Below, piece by piece: positions 1 through 8,900 of a stretch of DNA of 20,000 bases (the stretch's first letter is position 1; each line of letters opens with the position of its first letter). The stretch is taken from positions 56,574 to 76,573 of the forward strand of contig JARQWU010000017.1 in the NCBI GenBank assembly GCA_040182905.1, in the 5' to 3' direction. The notes under the pieces were generated by a model. The model worked only from the letters and a program-made list of their open reading frames with translations. It did no database searches and was not told the origin of the DNA. This stretch comes from Barthelona sp. PAP020 (Eukaryota). The position numbers were made by a program, and so were the translations under genes.

Positions 1-210
1 AGGTTGAGTATTTTCAGGATGAAAACATGGATGAACTAATCCATTCATATCAATATATAAATTATCAAACTCAATACCATTTGGATTAGGATCTAAATTA
101 TTAATAGGACTGATAATATCATGATTAATTTCAGGATCAATTTCAATACAATCTACAATGGCTTTCGGAAATTTTTTCGATAACCATCGATAAAATGAAG
201 GAACACCCAT
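1..210 (-). CDS. XRN2: 5'-3' exoribonuclease XRN2/Rat1, N-terminal 70 codons (runs off the left edge)
   Basis: Not in the ORF track. Manual minus-strand translation from the ATG at 210: MGVPSFYRWLSKKFPKAIVDC...LDPNPNGIEFDNLYIDMNGLVHPCFHPENTQP. This is the XRN N-terminus. The PNPNGIEFDNLY insert and HPCxHPE are XRN2-type rather than XRN1. Confidence 0.92.
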   Translation of the reverse strand, partial: MGVPSFYRWLSKKFPKAIVDCIEIDPEINHDIISPINNLDPNPNGIEFDNLYIDMNGLVHPCFHPENTQP

Positions 211-498
211 TTTTTATAACAGCTCTTGAATAAAAAAAAGGTTTTGTATTTTTCTTTTATGAAAATTTCTTTTGATTAATTATGAAATATAATATTTATT
301 ATTATTATCAAATGTATGGATGATAAAATTTTACAACTATGTAAACAAGAATCCCTATTATTTTTTATGAAACAATGTATTTTTTTCTATTAATTGATGT
401 AAATAAGTTTTTTCAGTCTGAATCTACGTTAAAATTGAATTTAATAAAAAATTGAAAAATTCACAAAAGGAAACAAAAACATTTTTTACCACATTCAA

Positions 499-1626
499 AT
501 GTCGCGTATGTTAAATATTAATGGATCTGATGATCCTAACTATCGTTATAAGATGCCAGCGATAGAATGTGAGACTGTTGGACGAGGAACTGGAACCAGA
601 ACTATTATTCACAATTTAAAGGATGTTGCAACCGCAATTAAATGTCATGAAGAGTTTATTGTCAAATATTTGGGAATTGAAATTGGTACACAATCACGTC
701 TTGATACAAAAGCCAGTACAGGTATATTGAAGGGAGAACGTGATCAACCAACTCTTCAAACAGTTTTATATCAATTTATCAACGAGTTTATTCTTTGTCC
801 TCAATGTGGAGCACCCGAACTTGAGCTTCGTAGTCGATCTGGAAATATTGTTTATGATTGTTTGGCATGTGGTAAACATGGAATTAATAATTCTACTCAC
901 AGAATTGTCAATTTCATGACCAAGCGTCTTGGAAAGACAAGAGCACAAGATCATACTGCTAATGAAACTCGTATTGTTGATGAAATTGATATTTTAGCCG
1001 ATGAAGCCCAAGAAAAACTTGGTGATGTTAAAGCTGTTTCCAATTTTGAGTTTATTCACAACTATGCCATTCAATTACAACAAGATTTTCTTGAGAATAA
1101 AACCAATGAAGAAATCAATGAAAAACTTACAAATATTATGTTAACTGATTCAGAACTTGATCTTGAAAGGAGTTGTGCATTGGTATTTATGGCTACTATC
1201 CATGGTGGATATCCTGTCAAAACTATAAAGGCTGCTCAAAATTTCCTTCATGAGTTTATCACTGAAGATCAAGAAGCTGCCTGGCTCAGACTATTATCAA
1301 GGTACATTGTTGTTTTCCCATTCTCAATCAAGATTATTCAACAGCTTATTCTTGCATTTTATCATTATAAGATTGTTTCTGCTCAAGCTATTTTCATGTG
1401 GTATGCAGAAAATCCTGAGGCACCTGATCGTTCAGAAGCTTCAAAGGTCATTAGATTTATCGATCAATGTGAACGTGCTGCACATTCTGATGATGAATCA
1501 GACACTGATGAAGAAACGGATACAGATACAAACAGCTACAGCAGTGATGATGATGAAAACGAGGAAGAAGAAGATGATGACAGTGAAGATGATGATGACA
1601 GTGATTCAGACAGTGAAACAAAGTGA
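499..1626 (+). CDS. EIF5: Translation initiation factor eIF5 (GAP N-terminal domain with C4 zinc finger, W2-like C-terminal domain, acidic tail)
   Basis: DPNYRYKMP (catalytic Arg motif), GRGTGTRT.I.N, KYLGIEIG, FILCPQC..PE...CLACG, D/E-rich tail. Confidence 0.95.
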   Translation: MSRMLNINGSDDPNYRYKMPAIECETVGRGTGTRTIIHNLKDVATAIKCHEEFIVKYLGIEIGTQSRLDTKASTGILKGERDQPTLQTVLYQFINEFILCPQCGAPELELRSRSGNIVYDCLACGKHGINNSTHRIVNFMTKRLGKTRAQDHTANETRIVDEIDILADEAQEKLGDVKAVSNFEFIHNYAIQLQQDFLENKTNEEINEKLTNIMLTDSELDLERSCALVFMATIHGGYPVKTIKAAQNFLHEFITEDQEAAWLRLLSRYIVVFPFSIKIIQQLILAFYHYKIVSAQAIFMWYAENPEAPDRSEASKVIRFIDQCERAAHSDDESDTDEETDTDTNSYSSDDDENEEEEDDDSEDDDDSDSDSETK

Positions 1627-1739
1627 TTGTTATAAAATTATTTTAGTGATTTTTCTTGTTTTGGCGTGAATAATAAATTTGATCTATACATTTATAACAA
1701 AGAAACAACACACATTGCAAAATTAAGGCATATTGCAAG

Positions 1740-2606
1740 TTATCTTCTGAAAGGATTAATTTTCTTTTTTTGAAGAGGTGTATCATTTGTTGGGAAGGAA
1801 AGGTTGTTTGATATAGTTCCATTGATTAAATTAGATGTTTCGACATCAACTCTAGGCGTTCTAATTGGTGTTAATGGAGGTTTATTGACAAAACGGTTTG
1901 TATTTTGCATTGCATTAGCAATTTGATCATCTTTTTGGGTTGCTTGAGTAACACAAGACTGTTTTCTAAAGCATTCATTTTGTAAAATTTTATAAGAAGC
2001 AGTGTAAAGTGACCTTACACCTTTTTCTCTTTTTTTCATTGATGAATATGTTAAAAAAATTAAAACAGAAATGGTAATGTTTAAAAGTATAACTAAAGGA
2101 GCATATTTATCACTATCATATCCTTGCAAACTTAATTTTAATATGATATTCCAAACAAAATGAATAGGATTGTAGCAAGTGAATTGAATCATACTAAAAA
2201 TTGTGGGCTGCCATACATATAAAATATTTTTTGATTTGGGCTTGAAAAAAGGCAACGTTTTGATAATTTTCATGAAAAAATTATCTTCAACTTTTTCATT
2301 ATCATCTTCATCTGATAAAGAATAATCAGTTTCAGAATCAATGTGAGTTGTCTCAGGATCTTCATAATTTTTAGGGGGTATTAAATCATACTTTTGTGAA
2401 GCACACAAAAATCTATAAGAATTTAATAAAATATATAATAATGATAATAAAGTGAAAATTCCTCCCGTTATAAAAGTGAAGAATAAATTGAGAAAAATCC
2501 CGCTTGAAATGCCAAATCCAATTTTAATAGGGTCATCTTGATAAACTTTAAATTCAATCCATCGTTCCTTCAAATTTTGAATAAAATCTTCAATCTTTCG
2601 AAACAT
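1740..2606 (-). CDS. Multi-pass membrane protein, probably Nur1/Mug154 (DUF2418, nuclear rim protein) family
   Basis: 288-aa ORF with two pairs of hydrophobic segments. LYVWQPTIFSMIQFTCYNPIH resembles the remembered Nur1/Mug154 motif L.VWdP..F.L..F..FsP.H. Confidence 0.6.
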   Translation of the reverse strand: MFRKIEDFIQNLKERWIEFKVYQDDPIKIGFGISSGIFLNLFFTFITGGIFTLLSLLYILLNSYRFLCASQKYDLIPPKNYEDPETTHIDSETDYSLSDEDDNEKVEDNFFMKIIKTLPFFKPKSKNILYVWQPTIFSMIQFTCYNPIHFVWNIILKLSLQGYDSDKYAPLVILLNITISVLIFLTYSSMKKREKGVRSLYTASYKILQNECFRKQSCVTQATQKDDQIANAMQNTNRFVNKPPLTPIRTPRVDVETSNLINGTISNNLSFPTNDTPLQKKKINPFRR

Positions 2607-2694
2607 TTCAAATCAATAAAAATAATAAATGAAATGGGGATAAAGAACAAATTCCATTCTTCTTGTTTTTCATGTTTTATTTTTTTTGAAAATT

Positions 2695-3282
2695 ATGTTG
2701 AAAAACCGAAAACGTCTCTCCAAGAAGGCAAATACCAAGCCAAAATCGAATGATGATTCGAATATTGATTTAGATTCCAGTTTATCTGTAAAAATTAATC
2801 AGGATACTCAAATTAGTGCAGATCAAATAATAGATATTAACAAAAAAACAAAAGATGCAGAAATTTTAGTCAATCAGAATGTTTTGACAGTGAATACAAA
2901 AAGGAAATCAAATGAAAATAAAAAATTCACACAACCTGGTTCCATCGGTGAGATTGATTCATTTGTGCAATATTGTGAAGATTTTTACAAATTTGGCTAT
3001 TGTCGTTTTGGCAATACTTGTAGATATGCACATATTCGAGAACATTTGAAAACTTCAACTGAACTTGAAAGAGAATGGGAGGAAAAAAAACGTCAGCCCA
3101 TTTTGGAAGATATTGAAACAAAATATGAACAAGCCCAAAAAACCAAAATTGCCTGCAAGTGCGGTGGTGTTCCTGTGTTTAGACTTGATTGTGGACATGT
3201 TATTTGTCAAAATTGTGATGGTTTGATTTGTCCAAGTTGTGGTCAAGAGATTTTTATAAAAACCAGAATAAATAAAACGTGA
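2695..3282 (+). CDS. CWC24: Pre-mRNA splicing factor Cwc24/RNF113A (CCCH zinc finger plus compact RING)
   Basis: CEDFYKFGYCRFGNTCRYAHIR...ELEREWEE matches the RNF113A CCCH finger and following helix. C-terminal CKC-x9-CGH-x2-C-x2-C-x4-C-x2-C is RING-like. First ATG is at 2695 (the track start at 2686 is TTG). Confidence 0.88.
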   Translation: MLKNRKRLSKKANTKPKSNDDSNIDLDSSLSVKINQDTQISADQIIDINKKTKDAEILVNQNVLTVNTKRKSNENKKFTQPGSIGEIDSFVQYCEDFYKFGYCRFGNTCRYAHIREHLKTSTELEREWEEKKRQPILEDIETKYEQAQKTKIACKCGGVPVFRLDCGHVICQNCDGLICPSCGQEIFIKTRINKT

Positions 3283-3410
3283 TTTGAACAGTGTTACTTT
3301 TCATTCCTTTACTTTCATGGCTCAAATTTTCTTTAACTTGAATGGACCAGCAGACATTGATAAACAATAAACTTTAATCTTTATTTAGTTGTGGGGTTTG
3401 TTCTGAAAAA

Positions 3411-3508
3411 GAAACTTGTTGTTTTAAAAGATGCAGTGGTGAAAGCTGTGCTATGTAGTATTCGAAATAATTTCATCCACTGATTCTTTAAAAAAGTCAA
3501 GAAGTTTC
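3411..3508. repeat. ~98-nt imperfect inverted repeat (long hairpin) in the CWC24/eIF4E convergent spacer
   Basis: Nested pairings: GAAACTT 3411-17 with AAGTTTC 3502-08; TTG/CAA; TTTTAAAAGA with TCTTTAAAA (one bulge); CAGTGG 3434-39 with CCACTG 3477-82; TGAAA 3440-44 with TTTCA 3471-75. Confidence 0.7.
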
Positions 3509-3688
3509 AAAATTTGTAATTATTGCACAAATTTTTTTTTTTTAATTTCACTTGCAAGGTCAAATTTTTGAAGTGGTGAGAAGGCAAATTATGATTTGCA
3601 ACAAACAACAGTTTGAAAACAACTTTTCAAAATATTTGTGACGATAAAATTTGTTTTTATCTTTTATTTTTCAATTGTTTTTCTTTTT

Positions 3689-4279
3689 TCAAGGAATTTG
3701 GGACTTTTCCCTTTTTTCTGTTAATATAGAAAGCAAATATGCATGTGATCTAAACTCAGGTGCTCGAGGCAAAGATAATTCCAAATTCTTTTGAATTTTA
3801 TACTCAATTCTTGCTTGAACCAAAACATCACATGTAGAAAGCCAAAAAGTTACATGACTATCATGAGTTCTAATGTTTAAAACAACTCCAACAATAGAAG
3901 GTTCTAATAAGGTTTCACCAACGCAGGAAAATAAAATCCTTTCCCAAAACCAATCAAGAGCATAAAAATTTGCAGGTAATCTAATAATTAGAGACCCACC
4001 TTCTTTATATTCTTCCCAAGAAGGAATAATATTGTTTTTAAAAAGATGTATGCTGTTCCCTTCACAGAGATATGAAGGCCGTTTTAAATTGCTGTATAAC
4101 CGGTAAAAACCTTCAAGAGTTGTTACTGATCCCAAACATTTTAAATGTGATTCCCAATCTGAATCATAATTCATGGTCTTTGATTTTTCTCCAAACCATA
4201 ATGTCCATGCATCTTGTAATTCATGTGTTCGTGTTGTGTCAATAGGGGAAACGAAACTATGAGAGCGTGTTCGATTCAT
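3689..4279 (-). CDS. EIF4E: eIF4E-family cap-binding protein (divergent)
   Basis: HELQDAWTLWF, W..HL, TLEGFYRLY..L.RPS.L, HLFKNNI.PSWEE...GG, FWERIL...VGE, IVGVVLNIR....VTFW. Confidence 0.92.
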   Translation of the reverse strand: MNRTRSHSFVSPIDTTRTHELQDAWTLWFGEKSKTMNYDSDWESHLKCLGSVTTLEGFYRLYSNLKRPSYLCEGNSIHLFKNNIIPSWEEYKEGGSLIIRLPANFYALDWFWERILFSCVGETLLEPSIVGVVLNIRTHDSHVTFWLSTCDVLVQARIEYKIQKNLELSLPRAPEFRSHAYLLSILTEKREKSQIP

Positions 4280-4368
4280 AAAAAAGAAAAGAGCAAAATG
4301 GAGATTTACATTTTTTATTATTATTTATTGACATTTTGTGTTGATGACAATATAGTTCAGTTATATTT

Positions 4369-5388
4369 ATGTCAAACCGTTTATTACAATTACGAAAAAA
4401 TTTGATTGGATCTACTTTCGAAACTCCGCCTAAAACCGGATATATCAGAAAGAATTGGAATATATGTTTAAAAACAGCAGTTGATTTTGATGTTAAAAAG
4501 CTATTTGTTAAATATGAAATTGTTTTATCAAAAACAAGCCAATTTGATTCATTAGAAGATGCAGAATGCCCATTTGGTTTAACGCAAATTGTACAAAGAA
4601 GCAAAAAAATTGATGAAAATGGGAGAAAGGTCAATGTTTTTTCTCTTTCATTTCCAATAAATTTAGTATTGATAGATAATTGTGAGGATTCATCTCCCAG
4701 GGCATCTTATATTATTTTTACCATATATTCAGTTGACTTTTTTGGTAATTATCGAGAAATTGGTGTTTGTAGTTTTTGTTTGGATAGGGGTGTTGGTGTT
4801 TGTGATCATATTTTGTCTTGTGTTCAATTCTTGGGTACACCAAGGGAGAATTTGCAGAATTTCTTCATTGGTGGATTAAAATTGAAAGATGTCAGTTCTG
4901 TTGTTTATGGGAATCCTGAATCAGCAAATATCATTTCAATGTTGGGTGGACAAACTTTATCTGCTGGATCTTTGATGATTTCAGCGAATTTGGTCACCCA
5001 ACAATTCAACAAGACTCAAAGAATGAAAAAGAGATTGAAGTTACCACCTAGAATTAGTGGTTTTGACAGGTCGAAAGTTGATTCATCTAAACCAAAAACA
5101 TTGGTTTCAAAATCGAAATTAGGGGGACCAAAAATAAAGAAAACTGTAAACAAGGAAAAAGAACTTCGCAAAAAGAAGATAAAAGGAGAATTGAGTACAA
5201 CTTCAAAAACACTGTTAATACCAGCCAATCAAGACGATTTGTTAGAAACCCCTTCACAAAAAAAGAAAACAAAAAGAAAAATGGGAAGAACTGGGAAAGG
5301 AAAAACAGGCACTCCCAGAAGAAAGAAAAGTGTCAAATCAATTTCTCCTATTGAAACACCAAATAATCGTGATTCTCCTGATTTATGA
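4369..5388 (+). CDS. MKS1: Ciliary transition-zone B9-domain protein, MKS1-like, N-terminally short with a Lys-rich tail
   Basis: LIGSTFE, GLTQ, FSLSFP, SVDFFGNYREIG, LQNFFIGG.L.L.D.S.V and IS..G..T...GS.....L match the MKS1 B9 region and its MKS1-type flanks. Confidence 0.8.
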   Translation: MSNRLLQLRKNLIGSTFETPPKTGYIRKNWNICLKTAVDFDVKKLFVKYEIVLSKTSQFDSLEDAECPFGLTQIVQRSKKIDENGRKVNVFSLSFPINLVLIDNCEDSSPRASYIIFTIYSVDFFGNYREIGVCSFCLDRGVGVCDHILSCVQFLGTPRENLQNFFIGGLKLKDVSSVVYGNPESANIISMLGGQTLSAGSLMISANLVTQQFNKTQRMKKRLKLPPRISGFDRSKVDSSKPKTLVSKSKLGGPKIKKTVNKEKELRKKKIKGELSTTSKTLLIPANQDDLLETPSQKKKTKRKMGRTGKGKTGTPRRKKSVKSISPIETPNNRDSPDL

Positions 5389-5496
5389 TATTATTTTTTG
5401 GATAAAATGTTTGTATGCATGTTTTTTTTTTTTTTTTTTTTTCCAAATGAATTCACAAAACTTTTTTCTTTCATTTTTTTTTTTCAGATTGTTACA

Positions 5497-5814
5497 ATGA
5501 CGACTTATCAAAAAGAACCCAAATTACGTATGGACGCATGGACAAAAGGGCGTAACAATGCAAAACAATATACGATTTTTGATGAAGACCATACTATTGG
5601 AAATCTATTGCAGACAGCAATTATGGCTGATGAATCCGTCGAATTTTGTGGATATCATAATCCACATCCATTAGAAAGGAAAATTGTTTTGAGAGTTCAA
5701 GCAAAGGATGAATCTGATCAATCAGGTGCTGTTACTGCCTTTTATAATGCTGTAGATAATTTAAAAAATACTTTCACAAATTTACTTGAACAACTTGATT
5801 TGCAAACAAAATGA
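5497..5814 (+). CDS. RPB11: RNA polymerase alpha-like small subunit, most likely RPB11 (some RPAC2/AC19-like residues)
   Basis: EDHTIGNLL...V.FCGY..PHPLE.KI.LRVQ signature. EPKLRMDAWTKGRNNA resembles Rpb11 ESKLKIDPDTKAPNA. The ATG at 5497 is preferred because the upstream in-frame sequence is a poly-T tract. Confidence 0.8.
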   Translation: MTTYQKEPKLRMDAWTKGRNNAKQYTIFDEDHTIGNLLQTAIMADESVEFCGYHNPHPLERKIVLRVQAKDESDQSGAVTAFYNAVDNLKNTFTNLLEQLDLQTK

Positions 5815-5981
5815 TTTTTGCATTAGTTTTACCATGCAAATAATTTCCCTTCCAACCAAATTGAAAAAAACATAAGATTTTGTAGTCCTTTCCCAAAGAG
5901 TAGTGAATGTTTGATAAATAGTTATTTCTCAATTCTTTGTTTGTAAGTTGATTTAATTTTTTTAGTTATTTTTTGAGATTG

Positions 5982-8900
5982 ATGAGTTCTATTTCGGTAC
6001 GAAGAGCCACTTTAGAAGATATTTCTGAGATAGAAGATGTTTTGAAAGATGTATTATATTTTCTATCCAGAAAACATGGAGAAATAACGTTATATGAATT
6101 GATTGAACAACAAGCTATATCCCAATTATGTTATTTGGAAGATAAATTGATTGGTTTTATGTGTTTTGATTTCCTTCCACTTGTTGAATTAAACCAATGG
6201 CAAAATTTATTTGATGTCCCTTGTTCTTATTTTAACACTATGTTTTTGAATTATTGTTTTATTGATCCTACATATTTTGAAGAAGTTACCAATATTATGT
6301 TGGTTAGTATGTTTAATACAGTTTCTCGAATTGATTATTTGCTAACACCATATAAATATTCAGAAGTAACGATTCCATTGCCTAATTTGGAATGTAATCA
6401 ATTGGCAAATGACTTAAATGTAACTTTATTACGTCGAGATAAAATAGTTCCCACATTAGTTTGCAGTAGATCTGATATTCAAGATTCTGATGATATTATT
6501 GAGATTTTTAATGAAACTACAATCACTAAAGATCAAGATGTTGGAGATTTTTTTATTGCACATACTATTATTGATTCTTTGAAAGATAAGGATTTAGAAG
6601 TTGTTACTGTAAGATCAAAGAATGAAGTTATTGGTTTTTTAAAAATACAAAAGAACAATTCCTTGGTTTTAAAGAATTTGAAAAGTTGTTATGATCTGGT
6701 TTCTTTTGAACTAAGTGTTGAAAATTGTATGTTTATTGAATTGTGTTGTTTTAAAAATGGTACAGAAGCCAGATTTTGTGATGTACTTTCTTATCTTTTT
6801 GAACAATTTGAACATATTCATTACATTACGTTACAAGTTTATTGTGATTCAAAAGCTCCTGATTATGTTGATCAATTCAATTATGTCCAACCAACTATTT
6901 ATAATATTGATAAAGTATTGTATATTGCTAGTAGAAAAGGATTCCTTGGTTATAATAGTTTAAAAACAAGTTTTGACGATAATATTGTAAAGCTTGAGCA
7001 TGGAAATCAAATAGTTGCTGGTTTAGAATGTCATTTTGCAAATGAGGATGAAGTTGAAATGATTGTTGAATTTTATCACAGTTCTCAATATCTTGGAACT
7101 TTTTCAAGGCAAATGTTACCAAAAATTTTGGTCATTGATGCGTTTAATATTCCAGCAGATTATTACTTTTTTACTAGATATTTGTTGCAAGAAGCATTAA
7201 GATTTTCATCTTGTGTTAGTTGTGCATATTTTTCTAATATAGATACAAAATTGCCTGATTTTTTAAACAATTTGCAATTCATTCAACCACGTAATGTTGG
7301 ACACATCCCTTCAGGAAATTCAACTTTGAATAAACATTGTAAAAATCGCAAATACCCTCTTTGTCCTTTACAATTGACTACTAAATCATTGTTGACAATA
7401 CAACAACAGCATATTAACAAACGTTTAGTATTTGTTGGTGCTAGTGAGACTACTTTAGGAGCTATTGAGGAATTACTATTACATTCAACTTATGTTCGTT
7501 ACAATTGTATTTTTGTATGTTCTACTTTCAAATTTTTTTGTCCTTATCATGCATATCATAAGGATAAATTTGTTGATATGAATAAAGCATGTTTGTTAGA
7601 TTGTGAAAAGTTCAATTTGCCTTCAGATTTAAGATTATATTATTCTTTGTTGATTTCATTGTCTTATAGTCCTACTTATATCGAAAGACTTGGTATATAC
7701 AGTAGAATAACTCAAATAGAAGGTAAATTAACAAGTCTTCAAACAAATGCTTCTATTGAATCAGTTTCCACATTAACAAACAAACGAACACCTAATACGG
7801 ATATTTTTGGGAATGGTTCAATAACAATAAATGATTCAATTGAGATTAAATACGATGAATTGGTATTGACCGTTGGAGATCAAGACCCGACAAAAACCCA
7901 ACTAATTAATACAACACCTTGTGATGATATAATCAATTTGGCATCACCTTCCAATCCACTTGAATGGAAAAGCACAATTGAATCTTTATTGCAACAATAT
8001 GAAGAATTTGAAGCCACACAACAAACAAGGCCTTTTCAAATAGTTCTTTTAGCTACATATGGTGTTGTTTTTGGTGTATTACAATTATTATTAGAGGTAG
8101 GATTTAACACTGACAATATTGTTGTTATTTGCCCTCTTGAAGAGTTACCAATATTAACAATGAACCCCAATTTAAACGCCACCATTTTTGAACATTTTGA
8201 ACAACAAGAAATTAATGTCTTGATGAACAGTTCCTTAATTAATGTTGAATTAAAATACGATTGTTTGAATGCTGTTATGATTGAAAGAATTAAAGATGGT
8301 GAATCCATGCATGAGATTTTACCCTGTGATTATTTGATTACATTTGCCGATGAAGATATTTCTGTCGATTTCTTTAATGTTGTCGATAAAGCGGGATTAT
8401 TATTTGATGGTGGAGCGTTAATTGGACCAAATTTTCAAACTTCAGATGAACATATATATGCTGCTGGAAAGTGTGCTAATTTCAGGAAATTTTTAAAAGT
8501 TGAACAAACTTTTGCGGAAGTTAGTGCACGTGAGGTTGGAAATATCTTGGGTAAATCATTAAATTCAGTTGTTAATCCTTTCTTTGCTGATGACGAAAAG
8601 TTACCATCTTTCAATCTAAATTCTGATCCAAAAATTTTGGCCAAATTGCGTAAAGCATGTCCTATCTTTTCTCAACCACAGTTGTCTGGTTGTTTGACAT
8701 ACGAACGAATGATTATTGTTGCTGGTTATGCTGTATCACCATATCTTAATGAAGATGTTATATTTGACAATATATTCACAGATTCTGCCAAAGGAATAGT
8801 TTCCATTACATGTGATCAAAAAACGGGATCTATTATTGAATTAGAAGCTTTATGTGCATTCAATAGTTGCTTGTTATGTTTTGAGCCTTTGCAACATTTG

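Noticed and set aside
1489..1612. GAT/GAA triplet repeats (also 9541-9560 and 15871-15900)
   Set aside because: They encode acidic protein tails and are not independent repeat elements.
3445..3570. U2 snRNA (GTAGTA branch-recognition sequence plus Sm-like AATTTTTG)
   Set aside because: The U6-pairing GCU-AAGAUCA segment and stem IIa are not recognisable around the GTAGTA, and a poly-T run intervenes.
3310..3600. U3 snoRNA (TACTTTCATGGCTCA resembles box A'/A) or SECIS element
   Set aside because: No convincing C', B, C, D box order. The hairpin lacks a UGAN/NGAN quartet with an apical AA, and no in-frame Sec UGA is evident.
5398..5496. N-terminal poly-Phe extension of RPB11, or an intron GTATGC...TTTCAG (5413-5487)
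   Set aside because: Poly-T intergenic tract; there is no CTAAC branch motif like the two supported introns, and it starts only ~20 nt after the MKS1 stop.
7410..8480. FAD/NAD-dependent oxidoreductase or bacterial gene fusion
   Set aside because: This degenerate Rossmann-like region is an intrinsic part of CFAP61.
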